A DNA stretch of 64,000 bases from Podarcis tiliguerta (lineage: Eukaryota): NCBI GenBank assembly GCA_965153285.1, contig OZ229110.1; one strand, given 5' to 3'. Position 1 is the stretch's first letter. Every line of letters begins with the position of its first letter. Below, piece after piece: positions 24,772-37,663 of the stretch. The position numbers were made by a program, and so were the translations under genes. The notes under the pieces are model-generated. The model saw only the letters and a program-made list of their open reading frames with translations. It searched no databases and had not been told where the DNA came from.

Positions 24772-26195
24772 TTTGTAAATACACACACCATTTCATTTGC
24801 ATGCTGCTTTTCTATAGTTAAAACTAGGCTCAAGGCAACTTACAACACGGGGCAGGGGAGGGGGAATAATTACAAACAGAACAGAAATAATCATAAACAA
24901 TATATAAAAGATCAAAAAATACACCACCAAATTGAAACAATTTCCACATAAATCATAGTAAGATCTAAAATAAAGATACAAAAAAATATAAATAACAGCG
25001 GCAACCCCCACCAAAAAATCCCCTTAAATAATACCACAGCCCAAGAGTCTTCAGTCAGGGCCCTGCCTTCCTAGGCCAGGTGGAAAAAGGCTTGCAAGAG
25101 AGGAAGCAGGTCTTCCAGGACTCACAGGCAAGATGGTCAGTGGCCTGGCTGCCTGTGACAAATAGCCACTGGCCAGTCTGCATGTGGCAAGAATATCACC
25201 ATTCCCTTCACTTAATATTGCAGTCTCTGTCTCTCTCTCTCTGACACACCCCTTGTAGGTGAAGACACAAGACTGAGGAGAGCTCAGTCAAGCCAAGACC
25301 AGCATGGCTGGCTGACTCCTGGGGTGGAGAAGCACTGTGAGGAATGATGTGGTGTCCAATGGCTGCTCATCCCTTCCTAAGCAAATATGGTTGGCCTGCT
25401 ATGTTTGTTATTGCTTTCAGTACACAAGCAATATGCAACTGATTATGACACCCCCTGCTTTGCACTGTATTTCCTCTGTATTGACATGAATGGGATGGAA
25501 TAACACCATGTCAATGTAATTCACATAGTAAGTTATGCAATTTTGCCACAGTAGACAGCAAGATGAATAACGTACCTTTTGGCAGAGGATGAACTGCAGC
25601 AGAGTGGAAACACTACTGTATGCAAAGAATACAGGGTGGAATGGAAAACAAAGTCTTCTTATATCCCTAGTGTAGAGCTAGAAACTGACTAGGTATAAGG
25701 CATCTTCCTCCTATGTTTCTACATATGCAAACCAACAGAGGACAGAGCGATAAGCTAGTAGTTGAGGAATATCAGTTAAAAGACTCAAAGGGAGTGAATA
25801 CCCTCCTTATAAAAGAAACCATTTGAGTTCTATGATGGAAAGCCACTGTAACATAGTAGGAGCAAAGGGTGGCCATACAATATACGGCCTAATACTCCAT
25901 GTCACTCTTGTGTGAATGGTTCAACGCCTTTTCTGGCCAGTGATCAACCTGACATTTTAAACCCATGGTCCTGATATGTGGCAAACTGCTCACAAGCCTC
26001 AGGCACAAGAACAAAAGGGATCACTGCCATGCAAGGAGCTGAAGTATAAAAGTCACCACAAAACAGAAAATGTGTTGTGTTTTTCCCCTCTACACAAGCT
26101 TTTAGCAACCTACGTGATCCTTGCATCAACTGGTGCAAGTTGCTGGGTATGAGATTAAACAGTCTTCGCAGTAAGGCTCTGTTCTGCTAAGAGGA

Positions 26196-26377
26196 AGGCA
26201 CGTTTGTCAAACCCTCACCTTGATCAACTCCTGCCCTGAAACCAGTGTCCCCACTGTGGAAGGACGTGTGGATCCAGAACTGGCCTCCACAGTCACTTAC
26301 GGACTCTTTGTTAAAACCATGTTTATGGAAGACAATCTTACTCAGCTATGAGCGATCGCCAAAGAAGAAGAAGAAGA
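26196..26377 (+). mobile_element. RTE-clade LINE 3' end with (AAG)n tail
   Basis: ccccactgtggaaggacgtgtggatccagaactggcctccacagtcac...aaagaagaagaagaag. Same family as 4495-5688. Confidence 0.85.
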
Positions 26378-27093
26378 GATTAATATAGATAAGTGGAGGC
26401 GGCATTTTTATCATTTCCCACTAGTCAAGTTATTGCAAGGTTGCTGCCTAGCTGAGCTAGGCAAAGCTGCCTTGAATATGAACAACAATCTTAAAATGCT
26501 AGGCAGAACAGACTAGCATATAATTTATGGCCATAAATCATGTCCATTCTTCCTTGCAGTAATAAACTTTAAAGCTATCACCATGGACATTTTGTTCAGA
26601 TAGAGAGATAATTCAATTTCATTTTTGTTTGCTTTATATTGCCCATAAATTAAGAAGTAGCTGAACTAGCGGCTACACACTATAATAACCCAGAGCAAGA
26701 CAAATATAACTCATTATTCCATATAATGAGAACAGTGGTGTTTACAAGCATGGTGTTGATGTATGAAAACTTTACTGCCAAATGTCAGAGAAATTACTTA
26801 GGGTTTGATGGGGTCTATAAGAAGAAAGAGTACAATGAAGACACCACAGAAGAGAATCAGAAAATGTTCCATAAATGCAGTTGTAGTAGGGGAAAATGAT
26901 ATTAAGTGCTTCGACTCCACATATCTGTGCAATAGAGCCCTGACCCCATGGTTGGAAAAAGCTGCTTGGGAAGGAATGATTGAGAGCAGAAACGTGAAGG
27001 AACTGGACTCTTTTCTCGTTTACTAGTTCCCTGCATCAAACTGCTTCGCCAGCAGCTTTTCCCCATGTGAAGGTTTCAAATGTGCATCTATGA

Positions 27094-27331
27094 CAGGGGT
27101 AGGCAACCTAAGGCCCGTGGGCCAGATGCGGCCCAATCGCCTTCTCAATCCAGCCCACAGACAGTCCGGGAATCAGCGTGTTTTTACATGAGTAGAATGT
27201 GTGCTTTTATTTAAAATGCATCTCTGGGTTATTTGTGGGGCATAGGAATTTGTTCATCCCCCCCCCCAAAAAAAATATAGCCCAGCCCACCACATGGTCT
27301 GAGGGATGGTGGACCAGCCCATGGCTGAAAA
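27094..27331. mobile_element. hAT/Charlie-type non-autonomous element, one end truncated
   Basis: TIR caggggtaggcaacct, ggcccg-rich subterminal motifs and internal aaaatgcatctctgggttatttgtggggcataggaatttgttca. Confidence 0.75.
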
Positions 27332-27397
27332 GCTACTTTGGGGTCAATTTGGGGCATTTCTCCACTGCTTCTCCACCCTTACCTCTTCTCTACCCAG

Positions 27398-27398
<1 letters not shown>

Positions 27399-27447
<49 letters not shown>
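27399..27447. repeat. (CTTT)n microsatellite
   Basis: About 12 perfect units. Confidence 0.95.
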
Positions 27448-27448
<1 letters not shown>

Positions 27449-27633
27449 GGGACTGGATATAGCTGGGATTCCTGCATTGCAGGGGGTTGGACTAGATGAC
27501 CGTTGGGTCCCTTCCAACTCTTCAGAGTCTACAATATAGTCACATTTGTAGTTCTACATACTCAGGTAGCCCTGTAATGAGCTTCTTCTCTGATCTGAAC
27601 CACACCTAAGGCTAATACTCACTAATGGATAAT

Positions 27634-27995
27634 AGGTAAAGGTAAAGGTACCCCTGCCCGTACGGGCCAGTCTTGACAGACTCTAGGGTTGTGCGCCCAT
27701 CTCACTTAAGAGGCCAAGGGCCAGCGCTGTCCGAAGATACTTCTGGGTCACGGGGCCAGCGTGACAACGCTGCTCTGGCAAGCCAGAGCTGCACACAGAA
27801 ACGCCGTTTACCTTCCCGCTAGTAAGCGGTCCCTATTTATCTACTTGCACCCAGGGGTGCTTTTGAACTGCTAGGTTGGCAGGCGCTGGGACCGAACAGC
27901 GGGAGCGCACCCCGCCGCGGGGATTCGAACCACTGACCTTTCGATCGGCAAGCCCTAGGCGCTGAGGCTTTAACCCACAGCGCCACCCGCGTCCC
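27634..27995 (-). mobile_element. Sauria SINE, full length
   Basis: Minus strand gggacgcgggtggcgctgtgggttaaa...ggttcgaatcccc (box B)...(ACCTTT)n tail. Degenerate TSD ending ggataat. CpG-rich, so young. Confidence 0.92.
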
Positions 27996-28686
27996 TAGTA
28001 AAGGATAATGGTTCTACCCAAAAAAGAAGTCCTCATGGTTGCTTCTCTCTCCACTGGAAAGCAACCATCCCTGTCACATTGTGTTCTCTCCTTCTTTCCT
28101 GGGTCACAGTCCAAAAGCCAAACAACAACATCTCACCAGCAGATTTACCAATGACAGCTGTAGCGTAGACAAAATTCTGGCACAGTCTGGCAATTTTAAC
28201 AAACTGACTCAGGGCAGGACTGACCTTCCAAGTCTTCTTTACAGTGGGAAAGAAGACCTGTTCAGAGACCATCTGCTTCTGCTCTGGGAAGCTTTCGCAC
28301 TGCTTTGAGCCTGTGCCAGGTAACATGGGTGGAACGTCATTTAGAACAAACATACTGGAATTGCTTCCCACCATCGTAGCTTCAGGCATTTCACCAGCAG
28401 CATCTTCTTTTGGGCTCCAGCCCACGTTTAACACAGAATTGGGCATGTGTATGCCATGGACTGAACTGCAGGGGCTTCCTCCTCAATTGTTATGCAGGGC
28501 TCGTGGCCAGCTCCTGCAGTTCATCCAGAAGCAGACTATTTCTCGGAGATTATAGTGATTCATTTTGAGAACAGAAGTTTTATTGATCAACCACTGATTC
28601 CAGCCCCTGCCCTCCTGACTTCTCACCCACAGTAGCCCTCAATCTTCTGGAACAGTACATAAACACACACACAGGTTCCCCTAGGA

Positions 28687-29048
28687 CAGATGGGGAACCT
28701 GTGGCCTTGCAAATGTTGTGGGACTCCATCTCCCATCATCTCTGTTGTGCTGCTGGGGGGGTGGAGCTAATGGGAATTGGGAGTACAGTGGTACCTCGGG
28801 TTAAGAACTTAATTCGTTCTGGAGGTCCGTTCTTAACCTAAAACTGTTCTTAACCTGAAGCACCACTTTAGCTAATGGGGCCTCCCACTGGCACCATGCC
28901 ACCGCCACGTGATTTCTGTTCTTATCCTGAAGCAAAGTTCTTAACCCAAGGTACTATTTCTGGGTTGGCGGAGTCTGTAACCTGAAGCATCTGTAACCCG
29001 AGGTACCACTTGTATAACACCTGTAGGACCATAGTTTCCCCATCTCTG
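28687..29048. mobile_element. hAT MITE (8-bp TSD ccctagga) interrupted by a Tc1/mariner MITE
   Basis: TIRs cagatggggaac / gtttccccatctctg. ccctagga at 28679-28686 and 29049-29056. Confidence 0.8.
28786..29012. mobile_element. Tc1/mariner (Tigger-like) MITE, TA TSD, nested
   Basis: ta|cagtggtacctcgggtta ... taacccgaggtaccacttg|ta. Confidence 0.88.
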
Positions 29049-29260
29049 CCCTAGGATCTGCCTCTAAGCAGCTTTGGACCCAGTTATCTCAGAGTCTGCC
29101 TGCTTCTATATAAACCTGCCTAGCCATTCAGATCAGTTTCAAACCCCTTGCTCTCTGTCACAGGAGAGACATGGTCCTCTTGGTAGCCTTGCTAGGGGCC
29201 TGGAACTCCCTGCAGTGGAAATTTAACCAGCATGCAAAACACTGCTTTTCTAAAGCTGAC

Positions 29261-29263
29261 AAA

Positions 29264-29295
<32 letters not shown>

Positions 29296-29778
29296 ATTTT
29301 TTTAAAAATTGTATGCCACCCTTCATCTGTAGATCTCAGGACGGTTCACAACATAAAATTACAATATAAAAACCACAAAAAACATGATAAAAATAAGAAC
29401 CAAACCAAACCAAACCAAACCAAACCAATAATCTCCCCTCCGACAACACATTTAAAAGGGCATTGTATGTCAAATCAGCCAAAGGCCTGGTTGAAGAGGA
29501 ACGTTTTCACCTGGTGCCTAAATGTGTATAATGAAGTCACCAGCCGAACCTCAAACCAAAAACAGGTGGGAGCCGTTGCAGAAAAGGCCCGTTTTCATGT
29601 TGCCACCCTCTTGACCTCACATAGAGGAGGCCCATGAAGAAGGGTCTGGGTAGGTTCATATGGAGAGAGGTGGTCCTTGAGGTCTTGTGGTCCTGAGCCA
29701 TTTAGGGCTTTATAAGTCAAAAACAGCACTTTGAATTGGGCCGAAAACTAACTGGCAGCCAGTGCAGTCCTGCAATTG
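29261..29778 (-). mobile_element. L2-clade LINE 3' fragment with (TTTA)n tail and internal (CCAAA)n
   Basis: L2 ORF2 C-terminal signature on the minus strand, 3'UTR, and aaataaataa tail at 29261-29294. Confidence 0.8.
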
Positions 29779-30046
29779 TAATTGTGGTTTTTACTGAGAT
29801 TTGCTCTGCTGCTGTTTCTGTTTTGCTCCTCTTCTTTATTTTGACTGATATGAATTTGATTATAAAATTTTATTCTTTGTTTTGTTGTATTTTGCATTCC
29901 CCCCCCCCCCCCCCGCACCACTTTGATACTTCTTAATAGGTATAAGCGGGACACAATTATATGAATCTGTTTCAAGCTAGATCACAGATCCATCTAGCTT
30001 GGCATTATTTAAACTGACTAGCAGTTGCTCCCCAAGATCACAGGCA

Positions 30047-30290
30047 GAAGAAGAAGAAGAGTTTGGATTTGATATCCCGCCTTTCACTGCCTTTAAGGAG
30101 TCTCAAAGCGGCTAACATTCTCCTTTCCCTTCCTCCCCCACAACAAACACTCTGTGAGGTGAGTGGGGCTGAGAGACTTCAAAGAAGTGTGACTAGCCCA
30201 AGGTCACCCAGCAGCTGCATGTGGAGGAGCGGAGACGCGAACCCGGTTCCCCAGATTACGAGACTACCACTCTTAACCACTACACCACAC
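30047..30290 (-). mobile_element. tRNA-derived CORE-type SINE (Squam3-like) with (CTT)n tail, inserted into an older SINE
   Basis: Minus strand gtgtggtgtagtggttaagagtggtagtctcgtaatctggggaaccgggttcgcg (A/B boxes)...gtgaccttgggctagtcac...(ctt)n. Flanks resemble the halves of the 10563/37455 SINE family. Confidence 0.8.
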
Positions 30291-30739
30291 CTTCTCATCT
30301 CCTTCTTGGACTTGCCAGGGGTCTAATCTGAGATCTTTTGCAACATGTATATTTTACATCTTAGCTATAGCCCGTTCCACCTTTCTGTTACTTCTTCCTT
30401 AACAGCAAGTGTTTCAGAATAAAGGAACCTTCCCTGGAGATGAGGACCTTTCCAAATTCCCATTCCCTCAAAACACACACACACACACACAGTTTTTACT
30501 CACTTGTTGCATAAAATGCGTCACTGTAACTTTTTTGTTGCACGGGAGCAATGTATGATTACATAATATTTCAACTGAAGGGACAGTTACCTTTTCTCAG
30601 AACACAAAAACGTGAACATTTTCTTGGTTGGTGGGAAAATGTATTTCCTCAGTCTCCAGAAGCCAGGCTGGGGTCTAAGGACCATTGAGATAACGGAACC
30701 AAAAAGAGGTCACTCTGGCAACTTGGGCAAGGTGCAGCA

Positions 30740-30741
<2 letters not shown>

Positions 30742-30788
<47 letters not shown>

Positions 30789-31188
30789 TTACTATTTGTA
30801 CCCCGCCCATCCAGCTGGGCCTCCCCAGCCACTCTGGGCGGCTTCCAACAAAGATGAAAAATACACTAAAATGTCACATATTAAAAACTTCCCTGAACAG
30901 GGCTGCCTTCAGATGTCTTCTGAATGTCAGGTAGTTGTTTATCGCTTTGACATCTGATGGGAGGGTGTTCCACAGGGCGGGCGCCACTACCGAGAAGGCC
31001 CTCTGCCTGGTTCCCTGTAACCTGGCCTCTCGCAGTGAGGGAACCGCCAGAAGGCCCTCGGAGGTGGACCTCAGTGTCCGGGCAGAACGATGGGGGTGGA
31101 GACGCTCCTTCAGATATACTGGACCGAGGCCGTTTAGGGCTTTAAAGGTCAGCACCAACACTTTGAATTGTGCTCGGAAACGTACTGG
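30742..31188 (-). mobile_element. L2-clade LINE 3' fragment (young) with (TAA)n tail
   Basis: ORF VLTFKALNGLGPVYLKERL...RAFSVVAPALWNTLP..FRRHLKAALF. CpG-rich. Confidence 0.9.
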
Positions 31189-32202
31189 AATACATACTGC
31201 AAAAATGTAAGTTAAGAGGCTCTATTTTGCTTTCTCTACTGCCAGACAAAATCAAGCGCCTGGGAACCACTACTTGTAAGTTTGCATGATTATAGAGCAA
31301 TTGAGCCTGGAACCAGGTTGCTTGCAAGCATCCCATTATTCCCCTCCTTGGGAACCTGGGACACTTGGGAACAGAAACACTGCATCTTATTTACATTTAC
31401 TGAAATCTCTGCAGCCCAGACCTCAAGGCTCCAAAAAAGAGTGAAGGACATGTGTGTTGATGATGCAACACTCATAACAAGAGAGCTATTCATCCCCTGA
31501 CCTTCATCTCTGAAGGAAAGGCAACCTTCTTGCCTTAACTTGGGACCCTTCTCTGACATGGGTGCCCATCAATCAAACAAACCTCAATAATAAAGTCTCA
31601 CAATGACTAAAGCAGCCACTCACAATGGCAGGAAATTAACAGAAGCCAATATCGGACTATTATCTTCCATTCGTCACTTGGGATTTTGTTGGCTTCCTTT
31701 TATTTGTGCGCACACAAAGCTACACAAGTTCATCAGATTACCAGGGGTCACATCACAGAAATCCAGAAAGCGGAATTAGGCAAGAGGCCACTGTTTCCTC
31801 TCTCACAACATTCAACGCTCACCTTCTCCTATAGACAACATGAGCACATAAGGAAGGGAGGAAGTTCATGAAAAGGAAAAAGTAAGTACCAAGCCTATGA
31901 TTTCAGGACAAAGCTGACCTGCAAAAGAACCACATGATTCAAGAATGAGCAATTCATAATATCCAGGAACAAGATCTGATAATTACTTTGGGACTGCATG
32001 GTGAGAAGTAGACAGGAAATCCATGCTTCCTTCTCCATTTCACACCACAAACAACGACATCTAATTTCCTTTTAGGCATTGGAGACATGTTACTCCTCGA
32101 TTTTTAATCCTGGCTACAGACCACTGGGCTCAACAACTGCAATACAAACTGCCATGCTACCCTGTTCTGTTCTGCAACTGGGAGTGTTCAGATTATCTAT
32201 GA

Positions 32203-32325
32203 CAGGCATAGGCAAACTCGGCCCTCCAGATGTTTTGGGACTGTAACTCCCATCATCACTAGTGGTCAGGGATTATGGGAGTTGTAGTCCCAAAACATCT
32301 GGAGGGTTGAGTTTGCCTATGCCTG
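32203..32325. mobile_element. hAT MITE
   Basis: Long TIR caggcataggcaaactc / gagtttgcctatgcctg. TSD atctatga/atctataa. Confidence 0.9.
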
Positions 32326-34307
32326 ATCTATAATCTGGCATTCAGCCACAGCAAAAACTTACTGGTATAGTATTATAGAAAGCAGTCATTTGTTGTACCA
32401 CTTTCAGCTGTGATTTGCCAAGAACACTGAAATGTTCCAATTGTTCCAATGGACATTACCTTCAACCAGCACAGGCTGAAGACAGATAGGAAAACCTGCA
32501 GCATGTGCCACTTATGTTACATCTGACAACAGTCAACCCTTCCCTACCGGTCCTTCTGAGTCTCTAATAATCCAAATAATCACGAAAATGTGGCAAAGTT
32601 TTTCCTTATTAGACCTCTTACGATTGCCTGATTTTGTGTGTGCGGTCTAGTATTTTAATTCTGTGTTTCTCAGCTGTATTACTGTGTATTTTTATTAAAG
32701 TTATCAAGTGTAACTGTCAATTGTTATAAAATATTTTAATGGGCTGTTGGGTGCTAATAAAGGACGAAGAGTTAAGTTTACATGTCTGGGTAGGCTTTCC
32801 AAAACAAAAATATTTTTAACAGGTGTCTAGAACAGTACAATAAAGGCACCTGCCTGATGTCCACAGGCAGGAAGTTTCAGAGCACGGGTGCTGCCACACT
32901 AAAATATTGTTTCCTCACAGATGCAGACTAAGTTCCACATATTAAAGAAGTTGTGTGGGCACACATAGCATGAGGTGATCCTGCAAGGAAACTGGTCCCA
33001 AGTTGTTAAGAGCTTTCAATATTAAATACAACACTTTGCTCTCAGTCTAGTAACAAATCAGATCTTTGAGTAGAGGCGTAATAAGCTGACAGAAAAGTGA
33101 TAACATTTCAAAATACCACTACAACAGATAATTTTTTAAAAATGTAATAAAATGTGTATGACCAATGTAATATGGTGTTGCAGAGTAAGAATGCATTGGT
33201 TAGCATCTGTCTTGTCTTGGGAGACAATGGAAGAGTGCATCTTCAGGAGTAAAGTCAAATGGTTGCGGGAGTTACAGCGCCTGCTGTGGTTGTAGAAACC
33301 AATATGGGAGAGGAATGTTTTTGGTAGCTGAAGATGTCTGGTTGTGCTGATGCAGGTGTACCATGGCTTTTCTTCTTTCTGCAGTCTTAAAGATGTTTTG
33401 ATGGAGACGGAAGAGAGTTACCAATGAGAGTTCCCAGAGAAGTGAATTCCACCAATTGTGAGGCCCCATTGAGATGTACCTGGCCAACCTAAGCTTCTCT
33501 AGTGACAGACCAGAGAGTAGAGCCTTCAAAGATGTCAATGCCATGTCAGCAGGTTCACATGGATGTAAGCGATCATTCAGATAATCTGATTAATTAAATC
33601 TAGAAACATCTTGCTTTATCCTGGTGTTCTCAAGCAAGACAACACTCCTCTGCTGATCCAATATACACTGGGAGTCTTCCTCCACCATACCTCCTTTTTT
33701 TGACAATTATACCTTCTCTTTCAAGTCTCTGCTTTGCATCTGCTCCTTTTTCTCCAGGATGAAGATGCTTCATTGAAAAGCAATTATACCGCAGACAACA
33801 CAGCCATCTGCAAGGCAGGCTCTTCTGAACAACTTCACAGGATAAAAATAATAATGGTCTCAGACTGTTGCTATAGCAGCAAGGCAAACAAGATTCAGTG
33901 GAACAATTTGCCATGTTGGTTCTATGAGACCATCAATTCCAAATCCCTACCCAGCCCTCAGTGAGTGTCTCCTAATGATGCAGAGCATTGCTGTTCACCA
34001 TCGGGTGAACTGCTGCACAGTAGCAAGAGGAAGAGAGGTAATTATAAGATTTAAAAAACAGAGAAAAGAATAGAGCCACACATAGCACCAACTAAATCAC
34101 AAATAAAATGCCTTAGTTGGGGGCACGTCACAAACCATTGGAAATGAAGCAGAAAAGCTAAAAATGTGCTAAATTCTCTGGTAGTTTCTTAGGACCAATT
34201 ATATCACAATGCAGACTGCTTCAGTGTTAGCAACAAACAACCAGGCCCAGACAGAGGGGAGACAAGAGGGAGCACATGTCTTGGGCAGCAGGATGGTGTG
34301 TGTGTGA

Positions 34308-34454
34308 CAGTGGCGTAGTGTGGGGGGTGCAGGGGGGGCCGGCCGCACCAGGCGCAACATCTGGGGGATAGGGTTAGGGCGCGCAAATCCATGGGTTAGG
34401 GGGCGCAAATTACTTGCCTTGTCCCGGGTGCTGACAACCCAAGCTACGCCACTG
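34308..34454. mobile_element. 147-bp hAT MITE with TTAGGG motifs
   Basis: TIR cagtggcgtag / ctacgccactg. Perfect 8-bp TSD gtgtgtga. Confidence 0.92.
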
Positions 34455-34628
34455 GTGTGTGACTAAGCAGCATCCTGCCCCAGGGTATGGCTACCTTCCT
34501 CCTCTAATAAGCAGAACCCGGCTGGAACATAAGGAATCATAGAGTGTGTTCTGCAGTGAATCTCTCACACACATACCATGTCAGAATAGCAGGAATGTAA
34601 AGGAGGAGTCAGGCCTTGACAATAACAA

Positions 34629-35340
34629 CGTCTTCTTCTTCTTTGGCGATCACTAGTGGTAAAGTAAGATTGTCTTCCATGAACACGGTCTTAACAGTGA
34701 GTCCGTGAGTGACTGTGGAGGCCAATTCTGGATCCACAAGTCCTTCCACAGTGGGGACATAGGTTTCTGGGCGGGAGCTGATCATGGTGAGGGTTTGCCA
34801 CACGTTCCTTCCAAAGCATGTTTCGTCCTGAGTTTGAGTGTCTTCAAATTCCTTTGGTAAAGGCTGTTCTCCAATTGGAGCGCTCACACGCCAGAGTTTC
34901 CCAATTGTCGGTGTTTATACTACATTTTTAAAATATTTCCCTTGAGAGAGTCTTTAAACCTCTTTTGTTGACCACCAGCATTACACTTTCCATTTTTAAG
35001 TTTGAAATATAGTAGTTGCATTGGAAGACGATAATCAGGCATCTGAACAACATGACCAGTCCAACGAAGTTGATGTTGAAGAATCATGGCTTCGACACTG
35101 GTGATCTTTGCTTCTTCCAGTACACTGGCATTAGTTCACCTGTCTTCCTTTCCCAAGTGATATGCAGTTTTTTTGGGAGACACCGTTGATGGAATCTTTT
35201 GAGGAGTTGGAGATGGTGTTTATAAGTGGTCCATGTTTCACAAGCATACAGCAAGGTTGGTAGTACAATAGCTTTGTAAACAAGCATTTTGGTATCCCTG
35301 CAAATGTCCTGATTCTCAAACGCTTCAATCGGGAGTACAC
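34629..35340 (-). mobile_element. RTE-clade LINE 3' fragment
   Basis: VYKAIVLPTLLYACETWT in ORF 35084..35287. Tail reads (ctt)n on the plus strand. Same family as 4495-5688. Confidence 0.9.
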
Positions 35341-36059
35341 TGTCTGGCTATGGGCCACCCACCTCTTCAAATAACCAAAACCCAGCAGTCCTACTTATTA
35401 GAAGTGGTAAGTGGCCATAGTAAGGCCCACCTCTTTGTCTGCCCAATGAAGAGGAAGGAGAGAAGCTGTGGGACGGAGTATGAACCTGTAAGCTTCTACT
35501 GCTGCAGGGGTGGCAGCAGTAGAGGGCAGTGGAAGAAGGGGAGAAACGCAGTGGCAGAAGTCACCCAGGTAAAAGGGAGCTTTAGTGGACAAGTTAGTTC
35601 TTCAACAGTGGTACTTGTCATAATTCTAGAACAATCTTGGCCTCAAAGTCTAAAATGCCACTTGTGAAGGTTAATGAATTGACTTTCTTATAATAGCCTC
35701 ATTTCTTTCTATGAAATGAATTGGAAGTGGAATAGGAAGACAAAGAAATGCACGATTTTACATGGTCTGTGCTGCAAAAGTAATGGCTGAGCCACGAGGG
35801 AACGTAATATGGATGTTTTACGTCACTAGAGGAGAAAGGGAAAAGGATGAATAAGCCCAGGTCAAAAGTGAGCAAGCCAGCTGAAATCTAGAACTGCATT
35901 CCGTGTTCTTTGAAACCAGATTTTTAAAGTCAAGACATCACTTCTGCACAGAAGCCAGAATGGTAGGTAATCGTAAAAGCTGGTACAACTGTGGAGCTTG
36001 ATCCTAGCCTTTCAGAGCAATCCACCACTGAACACACGATTAAATATGTGTCAAGAAGA

Positions 36060-36340
36060 TTCCGGGCATCACATGCCAGGACAGAGTCTCAAACAAAGAT
36101 GTGCTCTCCCAAGCCCACATGCCCAGCATGTTCACACTTCTGTCTCAGTGATGTCTATGCTGGCTTGCTCATATCCACAGAATAGAAGATGACAGGGTCC
36201 CCAAGGACATGCTCTACGGGCCTGTTGGCAGAATAATTCTGTGTTACAAGGTCGTCCGCAAATGTGACATGAAGGCTGGTAACATTAATCCCACCGTATG
36301 GGAATCCCTTGCAGATGATTGCAATGCCTGGAAACAGACA
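36060..36340 (+). mobile_element. Old RTE-like LINE fragment
   Basis: Degenerate I..QDRVSNKDVL / PKD.LYG-like coding remnants typical of the RTE ORF C-terminus. Confidence 0.45.
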
Positions 36341-36346
36341 GACAGG

Positions 36347-36797
36347 TAATGTAACACCAATCCTGAAAGATCTACATTGGCTCCCTGTTTCTGAGCACAA
36401 TTCAAAGTGTGGTGCTGACCTTTAAAGCCCTAAACAGCCTCGGCTCAGTATACCTGAAGGAGTGTCTCCACCCCCATTGTTCAGCCCAGACACTGAGGTG
36501 CAGCTCCGAGGGCCTTCTGGCGGTTCGCTCACTGCAAGAAGTGAAGTTACAGAGAACAAGGCAGAGGGCCTTCTCGGTGGTGGCGCCCGCCCTGTGGAAC
36601 GCCTTCCCATCAGATGCCAAGGAAACAAACAACTATCTGACTTTTAGAAGACATCTGAAGGCAGTCCTGTTTAGGGAAGTTTTTAATGTTTGAGGTTTTA
36701 TTGTGTTTTTAATATTCTGTTGGAAGCCGCCCAGAGTGTCTGGGGAAACCCAGCCAGATCGGCGGGGTATAAATAATAAATTATTATTATTATATAT
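36347..36797 (+). mobile_element. L2-clade LINE 3' fragment with (ATT)n tail
   Basis: TPILKDLHWLP..VLTFKALNSLGSVYLKE...FRRHLKAVLF. Inverted relative to 30742-31188. Confidence 0.9.
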
Positions 36798-37454
36798 TAT
36801 TAATGTATCAACAACAGTGACCAGAGGAGGAATGACGCTGGGAGGAGTGCAGAGAGCAGAAACGCCATGGTGTACCTGTAGTAGCAAACCAGGCACTTCA
36901 ATCTCTCCCATCTGCAATAAAACATGTCTCTCCCATATCAGTCTCTACAGCCACAGCAGGCGATGTAACTCTCCAATGCTTTGACTTTATTGCCAAAGGC
37001 GCACTCTTCCATTGTCTCCCGAGACAGATGTAGGCCAGCCCAGCTTTACCAACAAAATACATGGTGCATCCACAACATCACAGGGTAGCTGTTGATACAT
37101 TTCCACCTGACGGAACTGGATAATCATCTTTTGAATATTTTTAAATACCTGTTCCTAACTGTTTATCAATAAACTTTTATTTATGTTTTTTGTAAACCGC
37201 TTAGAGGTTTTCTGACAATTGAGTGGTAAAGACATTTTCTTAAACAATGAACAAATAAATAAATGCTAACCATGGTTAGGACTGGAAGTTAAAAGGGGGA
37301 GGAATTCACGTGCAAGGAAGAACAGAACAGGGGGTGAAGCACTCAGACTTAGGCAATGTATTACAAAACTGGGCAGTGTTACATTTGTGCTAGACCTAAA
37401 TGTCATCTATTATTTTCAATGAGTTTACAACTCTGGATCCTGTGCATCAGTACA

Positions 37455-37636
37455 TAGGAAGTTGATATACTGAGTCAGACTATTGGCCCATCTAGCTCAT
37501 TACTGCCTACACTGACTGGCAGCTGCAATCCAGGGTTGCAGGCAGGAGTCTCCCCCAGCCTTACCTGGAGATGCTGGGGACTGAACCTGTGGCCTTCTGC
37601 ATGCAAGCAGATGCTCTATCACTCAGCTGCAGCCCT
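37455..37636 (-). mobile_element. tRNA-derived SINE
   Basis: Minus-strand head gggctgcagctgagtgatagagcatctgcttgcatgcagaaggccacaggttcagtcccc. Confidence 0.7.
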
Positions 37637-37663
37637 TCTCCATATATTTATGCAGAAGTAAAT

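Noticed and set aside
28033-28555. Overlapping 90-137 aa ORFs in a TE-free intronic patch
   Set aside because: No recognisable homology and no consistent splice sites in the STON2 frame.
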